From: Octopus sinensis
Taxonomy: Eukaryota
NCBI RefSeq assembly: GCF_006345805.1
Contig: NW_021826444.1
Coordinates: 1 to 13,014 of the forward strand
Reading direction: 5' to 3'
DNA: 13,014 bases
Shown here piece after piece: positions 1 through 9,878 of this stretch. Under the pieces are notes generated by a model, which was not told the origin of the DNA, did not search any database, and saw nothing but the letters and a program-made list of their open reading frames with translations. Positions within the stretch are counted from its first letter, which is position 1, and each line of letters opens with the position of its first letter. The position numbers were made by a program, and so were the translations under genes.

Positions 1-325
1 GGTGTATGTCCGTGTGTGTTTGTGTGTGTGTGTAGGTAGATGTGTGTGTCTGAGTGAGGGTATGGCTGTGTAGGTGTGTGTGTGTATGAATGTAAGTGTG
101 TGTATACAAGTGTAATGTATGTATGTAGGTGTGTGTGTGTGTGTATGTGTACGTGTGCGTGTGTATGTGTGTGTGTATGCCTGTGAGTGTGAGTGTATGG
201 GTGTATGTCTGGTGTGCGTATGTCTGAAGTAGGTATGTATGTGTATGTATGTATGTGTGTGTGTGTGTGCAGGTATGTGTGTGTATGTGTGTGTTGAGTA
301 GGTGTGCGTGTATGTATGTGGGTAG
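1..325. repeat. Degenerate (TG)n/(TGTA)n microsatellite
   Basis: Interspersed tgtg and tgta units are directly visible; they account for the V/C/M-rich start of ORF 249..542. Confidence 0.95.
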
Positions 326-458
326 GGATGCATGCGAGTGTTTTGTGGGTATGTATGCATACATACGCACGCGCACATCCGAAGCAGCCCACCCACACAC
401 GAAGCGCGCCCACGCACACAACGCACAAGCAGTACAACATATATATATATATATAGGG

Positions 459-602
459 AAAGAAATAGTCATTGGCTTTAACCGCAGCCTGCATATGACT
501 TCGGATTCCTTTACAACTCTTTTGGACGGTCTCTTTGTTTAAGTTGGTAAATGCTGCTATAATCTTTGCCTTCGGTTCATCTTTCGTGTCACAAGGAGTT
601 TT
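459..602 (-). pseudogene. Relic C-terminus of a Tc1/mariner-superfamily (maT/DD37D-like) transposase
   Basis: Minus-strand manual translation is KTPCDTKDEPKAKIIAAFTNLNKETVQKSCKGIRSHMQAAVKANDYFF (48 codons, no stop). This resembles the typical transposase C-terminus pattern '..T.DELK..I..AF..L..E.V.KAC..FR.RL.AVV.ANG.F'. It is flanked by microsatellites, with no catalytic region and no TIR seen. Family assignment is by recall, not by search. Confidence 0.75.
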
Positions 603-667
603 GAGGGAAAGGCTATACGCATGTATATTTTTTATTTTGGAGATTGAGTTTTTTGAACATGCATTTA

Positions 668-759
668 CAGACAGATACATATACAAAGATACACCCACCC
701 ACATACATACACAAACATACATAGATAGATAGATATAAATGAATAGACAAATAGATATA

Positions 760-794
<35 letters not shown>
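668..794. repeat. Mixed (CATA)/(GATA)/(TG)n microsatellites
   Basis: Directly visible, including a (TG)n run at about 765-794. Confidence 0.9.
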
Positions 795-796
<2 letters not shown>

Positions 797-1379
797 AGAC
801 GTTCAACTGGACCTCCAAAAGAATTTTTAATATATTGATTTGTTAATATTGCCACTCCATATTAGAAATAGCAGGAAACATCTCTTCCTTCTAGTGTTTC
901 CTGCCTCTGAATAACTATTAATACTGGATTTGTGTAATATCTATAATCTTCAGGCTAGGTGGTGAAGGATGGAAATGAAAGAATGATGAAGTGAATGCCT
1001 CAAGGTGTTTGGTTACAACACCTTTGCGTTTGATGCTAAATTCATTATTGATCAATACTTGTTTATAAGCTTCCGGCCTCAGTGGAAAGCGGATGAGAGA
1101 AGTACAAGTACCGATAAAATAAATCGTTTTATCTCTTCAATTACGTGCAATTTCAATTACGCCAATGTCAGATGTCGTTAAACTAGACCTCACAGAAAAG
1201 TATTCGATGGGAAGAATTGTAAGAGTATTAAACGAAATCCCTTGACGTATTGTTTTTGTGTTCAAACAGCTGTAGCCCCCTGGTGCGGTAGATTTTATCT
1301 ACCGTACACCTTAAAGCCACGACATACTCATTCAGTGTACTTACGGAGTCCATGAGGGCTATGTCTCATGATTGTAAAT

Positions 1380-1612
1380 TATTTCTTTACTACCCACAAG
1401 GGGCCAAATATAGAGGGGACAAACAAGGACAGACAAAGGGACTAAGTCGAATATATCGACCCCAGTGCGTAACTGGTACTTAATTTATCGACCCCGATAG
1501 GATGAAAAGCAAAGTCGACTTCGGCGGAATTTGAACTCAGAACGTAACGGCAGACGAAATACGGCTACGCATTTCGCCTGACGTGCTTACGTTTCTGCCA
1601 GCTCGCCGCCCT
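1380..1612 (-). mobile_element. Full-length tRNA-derived SINE (family A, Meta-domain-like centre) with 12-bp TSD
   Basis: The reverse complement reads ggcggcgagctggcagaaacg...gagttcaaattccgccg (B box)...gactttgcttttcatcctatcggggtcgataaattaagtaccag...ccttgtgggtagtaaagaaat. It is homologous end to end to 10904-11131. The perfect direct repeat atgattgtaaat at 1368-1379 and 1613-1624 brackets it. Confidence 0.92.
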
Positions 1613-1649
1613 ATGATTGTAAATACCTTCGGCTTCCCCAGACACATCA

Positions 1650-1830
1650 GAACACTGTATTCATTTTATTAAATTTCTAAAACAATGGAGAATTTAATAA
1701 AATAACTTAGTCGCTATTAACGCGGTCTTTGGAACATAAACTAACAAGAAATTGTGATGGAAAACCATGACTTAAATTACTTTAAAACACTTATAGAATT
1801 AGGTACGGTCTCAGTTGGTCGATATTACTG
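1650..1830. mobile_element. Possible decayed interspersed repeat (MITE-like internal sequence)
   Basis: gaatttaataaaataacttag...ggaacataaa...gatggaa resembles, from memory only, the interior of a common octopus TTAA-type MITE. Termini are not recognisable. Confidence 0.3.
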
Positions 1831-2171
1831 ACATACCTGCTTGACTAAATGGTAAAAATAGTTATATCACTTTATACACCGAATTCAAACTTTGCACGGT
1901 TTGAAGTTTTCTATTCATTGATAATTCACGAATATGTATTGCTCAAGCACTTCAAATTTAAATCTATAAAATAGTTCCAACCACATTTTTGACTTTCTAT
2001 CAATGTTAGAGATCTCACCAAGATCAAATGTGACTTTTTATCTATGTTTAATCTTCAAGTATCAGCGGAGAACTGAGATCGATTTTATCATTTAATCCCT
2101 ATCTACCTTTTTCTGTGCGCTTATGTCCATATTTTAAAATAAGTACAAATAATTTTATATTGGGTACACGT

Positions 2172-2573
2172 AGGCGCAGGAGTGGCAGTGTGGTAAGCAG
2201 CTTGGTTACTAACCACATGGTTCCAGGTTCAGTCCCACTGCGTGGCACCTTGGGCAAGAGTCTTCTACTATAGAAGTCTTGTGAGTGGATTTGGTAGACG
2301 GAAACTGAAAGAAGCCCGTCGTATATATGTATATATATATATGTGTGTGTGCTGTTTGTGTCTGTGTTTGTCCCCCTAGCATTGCTTGACAACCGATGCT
2401 GGTATGTTTATGTCCCCGCCACTTAGCGGTTTGGCAAAAGTGACCGATAGAATAAGTACTGGGCTTACAAAGAATAAGTCCCGGGGTCGAGTTGCTTGAC
2501 TAAAGGCGTTGCTCCAGCATGGTCACAGTCAAATGACTGAAACAATTAAAAGAGTAAAAGAGTAAAGAGAGTA
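2172..2573 (+). mobile_element. tRNA-derived SINE (family B, CORE-like) with internal microsatellite and (TAAAAGAG)n tail
   Basis: A box tggcagtgtgg at 2183-2193 and B box ggttcagtccc at 2226-2236, followed by a CORE-like ccttgggcaag. It has an internal (TA)/(TG) tract at about 2322-2365 and a 3' tail taaaagagtaaaagagtaaagag. Its 3' end recurs at 9432-9488. Confidence 0.88.
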
Positions 2574-3008
2574 GTCTTGTAGAAGCTGCAAAGTGGTTTT
2601 CACAATGAGACGTATGCTGTCAACTTATTTCTCTGACAAAAATTTGAAAAGATAAAGACAAAAACCATAAGAACACTCGGTAAATTTAGGACACATCTCT
2701 TATATATTCAGATTTCAATCCCCCCGTCGACCGTGATTTTGAGAACTTTAGCAGAAGTCGATGAAAAAACTGCCTGTCAAATAACTGATAAGTGATGCGA
2801 ATCAATCGGTTAAATCTCCCGTGTCGGTTTGTACCAATGTAAGGTAAACAGAAAACAGTAATTTTGTGAAGTGCCAAATGAATAGAAAAAAAAATCGGTT
2901 AAGTGAGAATATATGCCAAATAACAACACAATTTTCACAACGGGGGAAAATATTGAGTATTGAGAATTCACAATCAGGTAGGCACATATGTTTGTTTCCA
3001 ATGTATTC

Positions 3009-3110
3009 ATACACACACTCACACACACACACACACATAGTCATACACACACACAGTCACACACACACAGAACATACATACATACATACATATATATATA
3101 TATATACATA
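3009..3110. repeat. (CA)n/(CATA)n/(TA)n compound microsatellite
   Basis: Directly visible. Confidence 0.95.
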
Positions 3111-3204
3111 AAGAGATACATATCTTCTGGGTCCCTCTGTTTCCATGAAGCAGAGAATAGTGTTAAGAAGAAAAAATTTATTTATAGACGTGAAGCTATT
3201 TATG

Positions 3205-3349
<145 letters not shown>

Positions 3350-3763
3350 GCAGATGTGTATGCGTGAGAATGTATGCTATAGAAGCAGAATAACAAAGCG
3401 AAATATGAGGAGAAAAGCGGGAAAACAGAAAAAAGAAGAAGAGAAGGACAATGTAAATGAAATATATAAATAAGAGAATGAGCTGTCCTTATGCTTCTGA
3501 CAATTATTGACATCATCACCGTCATTATCACCAATTTCATCTCCATCATTATCCTGGTCCCCTACGAAGTGTTGAATTATTAGATTGGGAATACATTTAA
3601 ATTTTGAATCTAGTGAACAATAAGTGAATGCTTCAATGTTTTGATGTGGAAATTTAATATTGAAGAATTAATTGAGGGAAAAATAAATGAATGGATAAGC
3701 GGAGGAAATAAGGCACTAAATAAATATGTTAAAGAAAAATTCTAAATTTGGAATAATTTGGGA

Positions 3764-3795
3764 TTATAATAATAATAATAATAATGATGATGAAG

Positions 3796-3834
<39 letters not shown>

Positions 3835-3872
3835 TAATAGAAGAAGAAGATTATGAAGAAGAAGAAGAAGAA
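3764..3872. repeat. (AAT)n grading into (AAG)n trinucleotide tract
   Basis: Directly visible; it abuts the 5' truncation point of the LINE relic. Confidence 0.95.
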
Positions 3873-4310
3873 AATACTTTTAGACGAATAGATGTAAGTG
3901 TTGCCAATGATCAAAATATATCTGTAAAGGAATTTAACAAATTTATAAAACATAAGGACTTGGAAATTTAAATACAAAAGATGTGGCATCTTAAAGCGAG
4001 AACTGTTATTGTGGGTGTCCTATGTATGATTAGAAAGGGCTGTCAGAAACATCTTGATAATAACCAAGGAGAACAATGTCGGGGTGAAATCCAAGAGATT
4101 GCGCTGACAAGCATATTGCCCACATCCTTAGAAAAACTCTATCAGTTTAAATATCTGTATTATATAACATGAAGATATTTCGCTACTTGCCCCCCCCCAC
4201 CAAGCTTTCAGTCATCCTGTAACATCTCTTATCCTACACTCACCCTAGGATGCTGGGTGTGTCACGGCGAGTGATTGTATCAGATATGCATATTAAAAGT
4301 AAACAATAAG
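3870..4310 (+). mobile_element. 5'-truncated R4/Dong-type non-LTR retrotransposon relic 1 (restriction-like endonuclease C-terminus plus 3' UTR)
   Basis: Translation is ENTFRRIDVSVANDQNISVKEFNKFIKHKDLEI*IQKMWHLKARTVIVGVLCMIRKGCQKHLDNNQGEQCRGEIQEIALTS, then a frameshift, then IAHILRKTLSV* (stop at 4148-4150). This matches the RLE pattern IDVSVP.D.N...KE..K..KY.DL..EI..MW....PV.VGALG...IQK..L..TAHILRK.L. It has one in-frame stop (3969-3971) and one frameshift (~4113). Confidence 0.9.
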
Positions 4311-4490
4311 ATGGAGGAGGACGAGGAGAAGAAGAAGAACAAGAAGAACAAGAAGAAAGAGAAGAACAAGAAGAACAAGAAGAAAGAGAAGAAGAAGAAG
4401 AAGAACAAGAACAAGAAGAACAAGAAGAAAGAGAAGAGAAGAAGAAGAAGAAGAAGAAGAAGAAGCAGAGGACGACGACGACGACAAAAA
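4311..4490. repeat. (GAG)/(AAG)n/(AAC)/(GAC) purine-rich trinucleotide tract with a 27-bp higher-order unit
   Basis: aagaacaagaagaacaagaagaaagag occurs exactly at 4335-4361, 4362-4388 and 4407-4433. Confidence 0.93.
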
Positions 4491-4559
4491 GCAACAAAAA
4501 TGGGTTGAAAGATCATTTGAGGATGATGATGATTATGATGATAGTGATGATGATGATGA

Positions 4560-5135
4560 AACAAAGAAAAATAAGAAGCATTAATAATCTCTTGGGTGAA
4601 TGCAGTAAGCTAGCACAAAAAGAGTGTAATACAAGGTATGGGCGTAATGATAAAAGGTTGTTGCTGAGTGTGTGACTTCGAAAGTGTTATGAACATGAAC
4701 GAGGTTACTGTGACTCGGTATATGTATTACTGAATTTCAGGGGACTTCTATATACAAACTGACGATACAACTGAAGCAAGAAGACCAGTTATGATTATAG
4801 AGGGGAAAATAAACAGTGTAAGATCATACACATTGCCATATCATATGATAAAAGAGAGGATGCAAGATAAATTGAAAAAAATTTATTGAAATATATCAAG
4901 ACCTAGCCAAAAAGTTCAAGATATTTTGGAAGTCTAAGAGTACAATTATTCCTGTGGTAATTGGTGCCTTTGCTACAACGCCCAATCCGCTACATAAACA
5001 GCTGTTGAGAAATACAATCCTGTATTCTACAAGAATCATAAAACAGATTCTTGACATGAGGAGACTTTTTGCCACCAAATTTCAAGATAACATCTCATGC
5101 CAGCTAATAAAATTAAGATGTAATCGGTGAGGAAT
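4560..5135 (+). mobile_element. 5'-truncated R4/Dong-type retrotransposon relic 2 (end of CCHC knuckle, RLE domain, 3' UTR)
   Basis: Peptide blocks in changing frames are SINNLLGECSKLAQKECNTR (cf. E..NH.LS.CSKLAQKEYKRRHD), DFYIQTDDTTEARRPVMII (cf. WDF.IQTD..I.ARRPD.I), KQCKIIHIAISYDKR (cf. C.IID.A.P.D), YQDLAKKFKIFWKSKSTIIPVVIGAFATTP and LRNTILYSTRIIKQILDM. It is preceded by (GAT)n at 4521-4559 and followed by (AAT)/(AAC)n. Confidence 0.88.
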
Positions 5136-5150
5136 TATAATAATGATGAT

Positions 5151-5183
<33 letters not shown>

Positions 5184-5193
5184 AATAATAATA
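5136..5193. repeat. (AAT)/(AAC)n trinucleotide tract
   Basis: Directly visible between LINE relics 2 and 3. Confidence 0.95.
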
Positions 5194-5197
5194 AGCT

Positions 5198-5576
5198 ATA
5201 CCTGGATCCTCAAAACTACAGACTATCCAAAAGATATCCCTCCTACACAAGATATTATCAACTCAAATATACAATCTAAACAAAGAACCCAGACACAAGA
5301 CACACTCTATGCAGCAATTTCCCAGCGAAATTAACTGCCACCAGCAAGCCAAATAACCTACGCATTATTCACTCAACACGCAATACGGCCAGTAATACAA
5401 CGGAAGACTGCACCACACCTCAGGAAAAGAAAAACTAACGCAAAATAATACCGGGAAGATTTTGCGCACTCCCAACAGAAATGAACACACAATGCTATGC
5501 ACATCCCAGCAATACAGAGGTGCAGCAGGTGATGTAGTAGACATTTGCCTAAAACTATCAGATATTGCACATCTAT
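5198..5576 (+). mobile_element. R4/Dong-type retrotransposon relic 3 (extreme ORF C-terminus plus 3' UTR) ending in (TAA)n
   Basis: Starts IPGSSKLQTIQKISLLHKILSTQ (cf. IPG...L..IQK.ALLGTAHILRK.LS, with a short deletion), followed by a C/A-rich UTR-like stretch that ends in (AAT)n at 5577-5623. The peptide match is short. Confidence 0.65.
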
Positions 5577-5577
5577 G

Positions 5578-5614
<37 letters not shown>

Positions 5615-5623
5615 TAATAATAA
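5577..5623. repeat. (AAT)n microsatellite, the putative retrotransposon tail or target
   Basis: Directly visible. Confidence 0.95.
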
Positions 5624-6564
5624 CGGGTAGTCATGATGGGTATACTGAGCTTCGTATATTTTACGACAGTGTCACTTTGATGGCATGCACTGCTCTCTCA
5701 CTCAAAAAGGCATTTTGACTGCAATTTACCGTAGAGAATAATTCTCGTTTGTGCAAGATGTTATAAAGTACCAAATCATTTCAGAGAGCCTCCTGTGACA
5801 CGATTAATGCATTTGAGGTTCCTTAGATATCACTAAGTCCTGTTACACTGGAGTCATTCCTTCAATGTCATTGGACACCGTAGAAAATCAGGCAAAATAT
5901 CTACTGAATGCATGCGAACAGCCACCAGGCTAAAACAAATCTTGTATAAGTCAGACGAAGCAATGTTTGGAATAAAGTTAGTTTCTATATCAGTTCATAT
6001 ATATTTGGGACATATTTGACACATAATAAACCAGTTCTTGAAAGGTTGAAATAACTTATAGCGTTGAAGTATTGAAATAATTTATGGCAACAAGAATATT
6101 AAACTATTGAAACAGAATAACGAACTCTGATGTATGTAAAAAGTTCAAGCCTCTTTTTTTTTTAAAGGTTATATCACTAAAAGTTATACAGAAAGAAAGG
6201 ATTGTAAATAGAAATAGAAATATACATACAAGCATTCGCTTCTTACAACATCATAAAGAAAGATATTAATATTAGACCTTCGTTGATGATTAATAGGTGG
6301 GTTATGTATTTATAATAGATTTTCAATTCTTTGAAGAAGGAGTGTTTTTATTACTTCTGTGAAACATTCAATAATGCAGTAAGAACACGCGCGCACTCAC
6401 GGACGTTTGCACACATAGAGACAAACAGACAGATAAATGGATAAATATATAGATATGCATACAGGCAAGCACACAGCTACATACAAACACATATGTATCT
6501 TCTACAAGCTGAACAAATAACAAAGTTTAATATATTCAAGATATAAATATGTGCGTGTTTATGA

Positions 6565-6640
6565 GGTGGGCATGGCTTAGTGGTTAGAGTGTTGTACTTG
6601 CGATCGCCAAACCATGGCTTCAGTTCCTAAACCGAACACG
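6565..6640 (+). mobile_element. Decayed tRNA-derived SINE head
   Basis: A consensus A box tggcttagtgg at 6573-6583 is followed by ttagagtgtt and a degenerate B box ggcttcagttcc at 6616-6627, at tRNA-like spacing. No complete cloverleaf is present. Confidence 0.55.
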
Positions 6641-7196
6641 TTTCCGTTTACATAAGTTACACAGCTACATTGTGGAATTGAAATAAAGTCAACCCCGGTT
6701 CAGCAAAATACTTAGAATATTATTTTTAAATTTCAAATAGATTTTGAAATGATTTGTGGCCTTTTTTTCTTAATTTTAAAACCATTAATTAATCGCATCT
6801 TTCAGAAGACACTGCAACACTTGGGACTGAAAATATTTTACTCTTCAAAATCTTTTAGAATTCTTTTTTAAATCAAGGTCTTAAATTTCAGTATTTCACT
6901 GAATTACCACCGGATATTATCTGTACGAACTTCGTATTAATACACACATATTTGAGCATCCAAATGATCTTATTTCGTAACGAGAGGATTTTTGGAAACT
7001 ATACCAAGGCCGATTTGATGGAGGGAGTGACCCAATGTACAGTACATACATTCAATCACTATAAACAAATGCTCTCTGGAGGTCGTTCGGGAAACGGCTA
7101 AACCACTCATACGTCGTCTGCGACGGGTGAGTCCAAAATGCCGATTTTATGAGGTAGCCAAGGCGGGCAATTTAAACTGGTCGTGTACATAAATGC

Positions 7197-7244
7197 ATAT
7201 ATATATGTATGTATATACGTTCGTATATGTAAGTATATCGTATG

Positions 7245-7280
<36 letters not shown>

Positions 7281-7307
7281 TAGATATATAATATATATAT
7301 ATGTAAC

Positions 7308-7339
<32 letters not shown>

Positions 7340-7456
7340 CGATATATATATATATATATATAGAATATATGTATATATATATATATATATATTATATATA
7401 ATATATATATATATATATAGATAGTATATATATTATATATATATATGAATATATAG

Positions 7457-7490
<34 letters not shown>

Positions 7491-7571
7491 TAGTATATAT
7501 ATATATAATATATATATGTATATAGATTATATTATATATATACTATATATATTATATATATATATATAATA

Positions 7572-7603
<32 letters not shown>

Positions 7604-7622
7604 GATATATATATATATATAT

Positions 7623-7665
<43 letters not shown>

Positions 7666-7733
7666 ATATATATATATGTATATATATATATGTATATATA
7701 TATATGTATATATATATATGTATAATATATATG

Positions 7734-7765
<32 letters not shown>

Positions 7766-7825
7766 TAATGTAATATATATATTATATATATGGAGTATAT
7801 ATATATATATATATATGTATATATA

Positions 7826-7884
<59 letters not shown>

Positions 7885-7936
7885 TGTAATATATATATAT
7901 ATATATATATGTAATTATATATAGATATATATATGT

Positions 7937-7989
<53 letters not shown>

Positions 7990-8098
7990 ATATATATATA
8001 TATATATATATTCTATATATATATATATATATAGATATATATTATATATCATATAATATATATGTATGTATATGTATATATATATATATATACATGTA
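7197..8098. repeat. Very long imperfect (TA)n microsatellite (~900 bp)
   Basis: Directly visible, with scattered single-base interruptions and phase shifts. Confidence 0.98.
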
Positions 8099-8310
8099 TT
8101 TGTATTTATGTACTGAGTGTATTCCACTGGCAGAGCATCTCTTATGCAAATTCAGAAATCGCGGATCTGGAATTATCCAGTACTTTTTTTGCTAGTTTAT
8201 AGTTGTCACTTTGTCTTCGCTCCTAGTGCTATATGAACATTTAATGTGGTTTTAGAGTTAAGTTTTGACTGATACTTCCAGCGTTGTGGTATCTCTTAGA
8301 TACCCTAAAT

Positions 8311-8316
8311 TATAAT

Positions 8317-8362
<46 letters not shown>

Positions 8363-8442
8363 TGTATGTATCTATGTATCTATGTCTGTATGTATGTACG
8401 TATGTATGCATCTATATATGTATGTATGTATATATGCATATG
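8311..8442. repeat. (TA)n/(TATG)n microsatellite
   Basis: Directly visible. Confidence 0.95.
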
Positions 8443-8489
8443 TTTAATCGAGTGATGCCTAGTGTTCTGCTTATTCATTTTTATTATAA

Positions 8490-8702
8490 CACTTTAGCAT
8501 TTAAATGGGCCACATCCAGCCAAAATATTCTGTTTGTTTTATGTTCAAAGTGACCAGCCTTTCGTACCCACCCTACAATGTCAGAGTATGAATAATACAA
8601 TCCTAACATTGAAATTTTGAAGTTACAAGATAATGCACGATTAATTCAAATCTATGTGAATAAATAAGCATTACATGTTAGAGTAAACTAAATGCCAAAG
8701 GG
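8490..8702. mobile_element. piggyBac-like MITE (213 bp) with 14-bp TIRs and TTAA-type target site
   Basis: The left end cactttagcattta (8490-8503) matches ccctttggcattta, the reverse complement of the right end (8689-8702), at 12/14 positions. Flanks are ataa (8486-8489) and ttaa (8703-8706). CCC...GGG termini with TTAA are the piggyBac signature. Confidence 0.78.
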
Positions 8703-8708
8703 TTAATC

Positions 8709-8712
<4 letters not shown>

Positions 8713-8753
<41 letters not shown>

Positions 8754-8781
8754 GACATACATGCATACATACATACATATA
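8713..8781. repeat. (TA)n/(CATA)n microsatellite
   Basis: Directly visible. Confidence 0.93.
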
Positions 8782-8887
8782 CGGTTTATTATTTTTAGCG
8801 TACTTTAACGTATACTCAGAGCTCCGTTTAAAAAGTAACGGAAAATGGTTACACAGTCGTTCGCTTTCACTTCCCACTTCTCCCAAT

Positions 8888-8893
8888 TTTCTC

Positions 8894-8939
<46 letters not shown>

Positions 8940-8975
8940 TTTCTTTCTTTCTTCCTCTCTCTCTCTCTCCCTCTC
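8888..8975. repeat. (TTTC)n/(TC)n polypyrimidine tract
   Basis: Directly visible. Confidence 0.95.
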
Positions 8976-9431
8976 GCTCGGTCGCTACCCACGTGTAGAA
9001 AAAGCGATTTATATGGCCTTTTCTTTTACGATTTTGTAAAAATCCTCCATCTGTGAGTAATTAATCATCTCTTAGCCTCTGAGAGAATATTAGCTTTCCC
9101 TGATGGAATATTGCTAATTCTAGTATATTTTAAACCAGACATAAATTTGATCTAAAAATAGCAAGCAAATCTCCTTCAAATCGCATCATCTCACACTGGG
9201 AAGAAAACATTGGATAATTAGTTACTATATGCAGTATGTCTGAACGAAATACGTGAATACAGATCTATTCAATCAACACTTATCATATACACCTCTCCCT
9301 TCTTCCGCATAGATTCTACGTTCCTTGTCGGATAATTTTGATAAACTTCCTTTAATAAACATTCGTTATAAAAAAAACTTACGTATACGTATTGCATTTA
9401 ACTTAGTTTTTTAATTTTTTTAATGAACATA

Positions 9432-9488
9432 GGTGCTCCAGCATGGCCGCAGTCAAATGGCTGAAACAAGTAAAAGAATAAAAGAGTA
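9432..9488 (+). mobile_element. Severely 5'-truncated copy (3' end only) of SINE family B
   Basis: gtgctccagcatggccgcagtcaaatggctgaaacaagtaaaagaataaaagagta aligns with about 2509-2563 (ttgctccagcatggtcacagtcaaatgactgaaacaattaaaagagtaaaagagta). Confidence 0.88.
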
Positions 9489-9495
9489 TTGATTA

Positions 9496-9878
9496 CTAGC
9501 AGTATCGCCCGGCTTTGCTCAGGTTTGTAAGGGAAATAACTATAAAGCATTTTTAGAGAGTTATAGCAAAAAATAGCAAAAAAATGGAAAAAAATGATGC
9601 TAAATTTTTGTTTGATAGTTAAAAAAGGTGGAGTTGCGTCCCCTACACAGTTTGTGGTTTGTGTTCCTGATTCTCGACCCCATGTCGAATTTATCGATTT
9701 TTTCAGAACTGGGGGAACTTTTCAAAATTTTCGCTGCGTTAGTTTTGAATTATGACATTGGGCTATGTGTGTGTCAAGTTTCATCAGAATCGGTTGAAAG
9801 CCGTGGTCAGGGTGAGGTTACAAGCAAACAGACACACAGAAACACGCACAGACAAACTGCCGTTTATATAGAGAGAGA
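9496..9878 (-). mobile_element. Non-autonomous Helitron (383 bp), both termini intact
   Basis: The minus strand begins A|TCTCTCTCTATATAAACGGC and ends ...cctgagcaaagccgggcgatactgCTAG|T. It shows 5' TC, 3' CTAG, a GC-rich subterminal hairpin (9508-9523) 8 nt from CTAG, insertion between A and T, and no TSD. A (CTGT)-like microsatellite and aaccgatt..atgaaa follow the 5' end, as in Lep1-type Helitrons. Confidence 0.85.

Noticed and set aside
860-1130. Faint old SINE-like remnants (also about 1880-1950, 6990-7145, 9150-9225 and 10490-10575)
   Set aside because: They are too degenerate to assign boundaries or family by eye; RepeatMasker with a cephalopod library is needed.
3726-4172. ORFs 3726..3971 and 3981..4172 as host genes
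   Set aside because: They are pieces of the disrupted LINE endonuclease domain fused to a microsatellite.
5725-5935. Minus-strand exon candidate bounded by ttttag and gtaaat
   Set aside because: All three frames contain stops.
6565-6640. Functional tRNA gene
   Set aside because: The B box is degenerate and no acceptor or T stem can be formed; it is better explained as a SINE head relic.
7183-8553. ORFs rich in YI/IY/CMYV repeats, and similar low-complexity ORFs at 249-855, 2802-3549, 4240-4564 and 8671-9039
   Set aside because: These are translations of microsatellites that lack stop codons; there is no domain signal.
9776-9792. CTGATGA on the minus strand as a hammerhead core
   Set aside because: No helix II plus GAAA arrangement follows; it is part of the Helitron conserved 5' motif.
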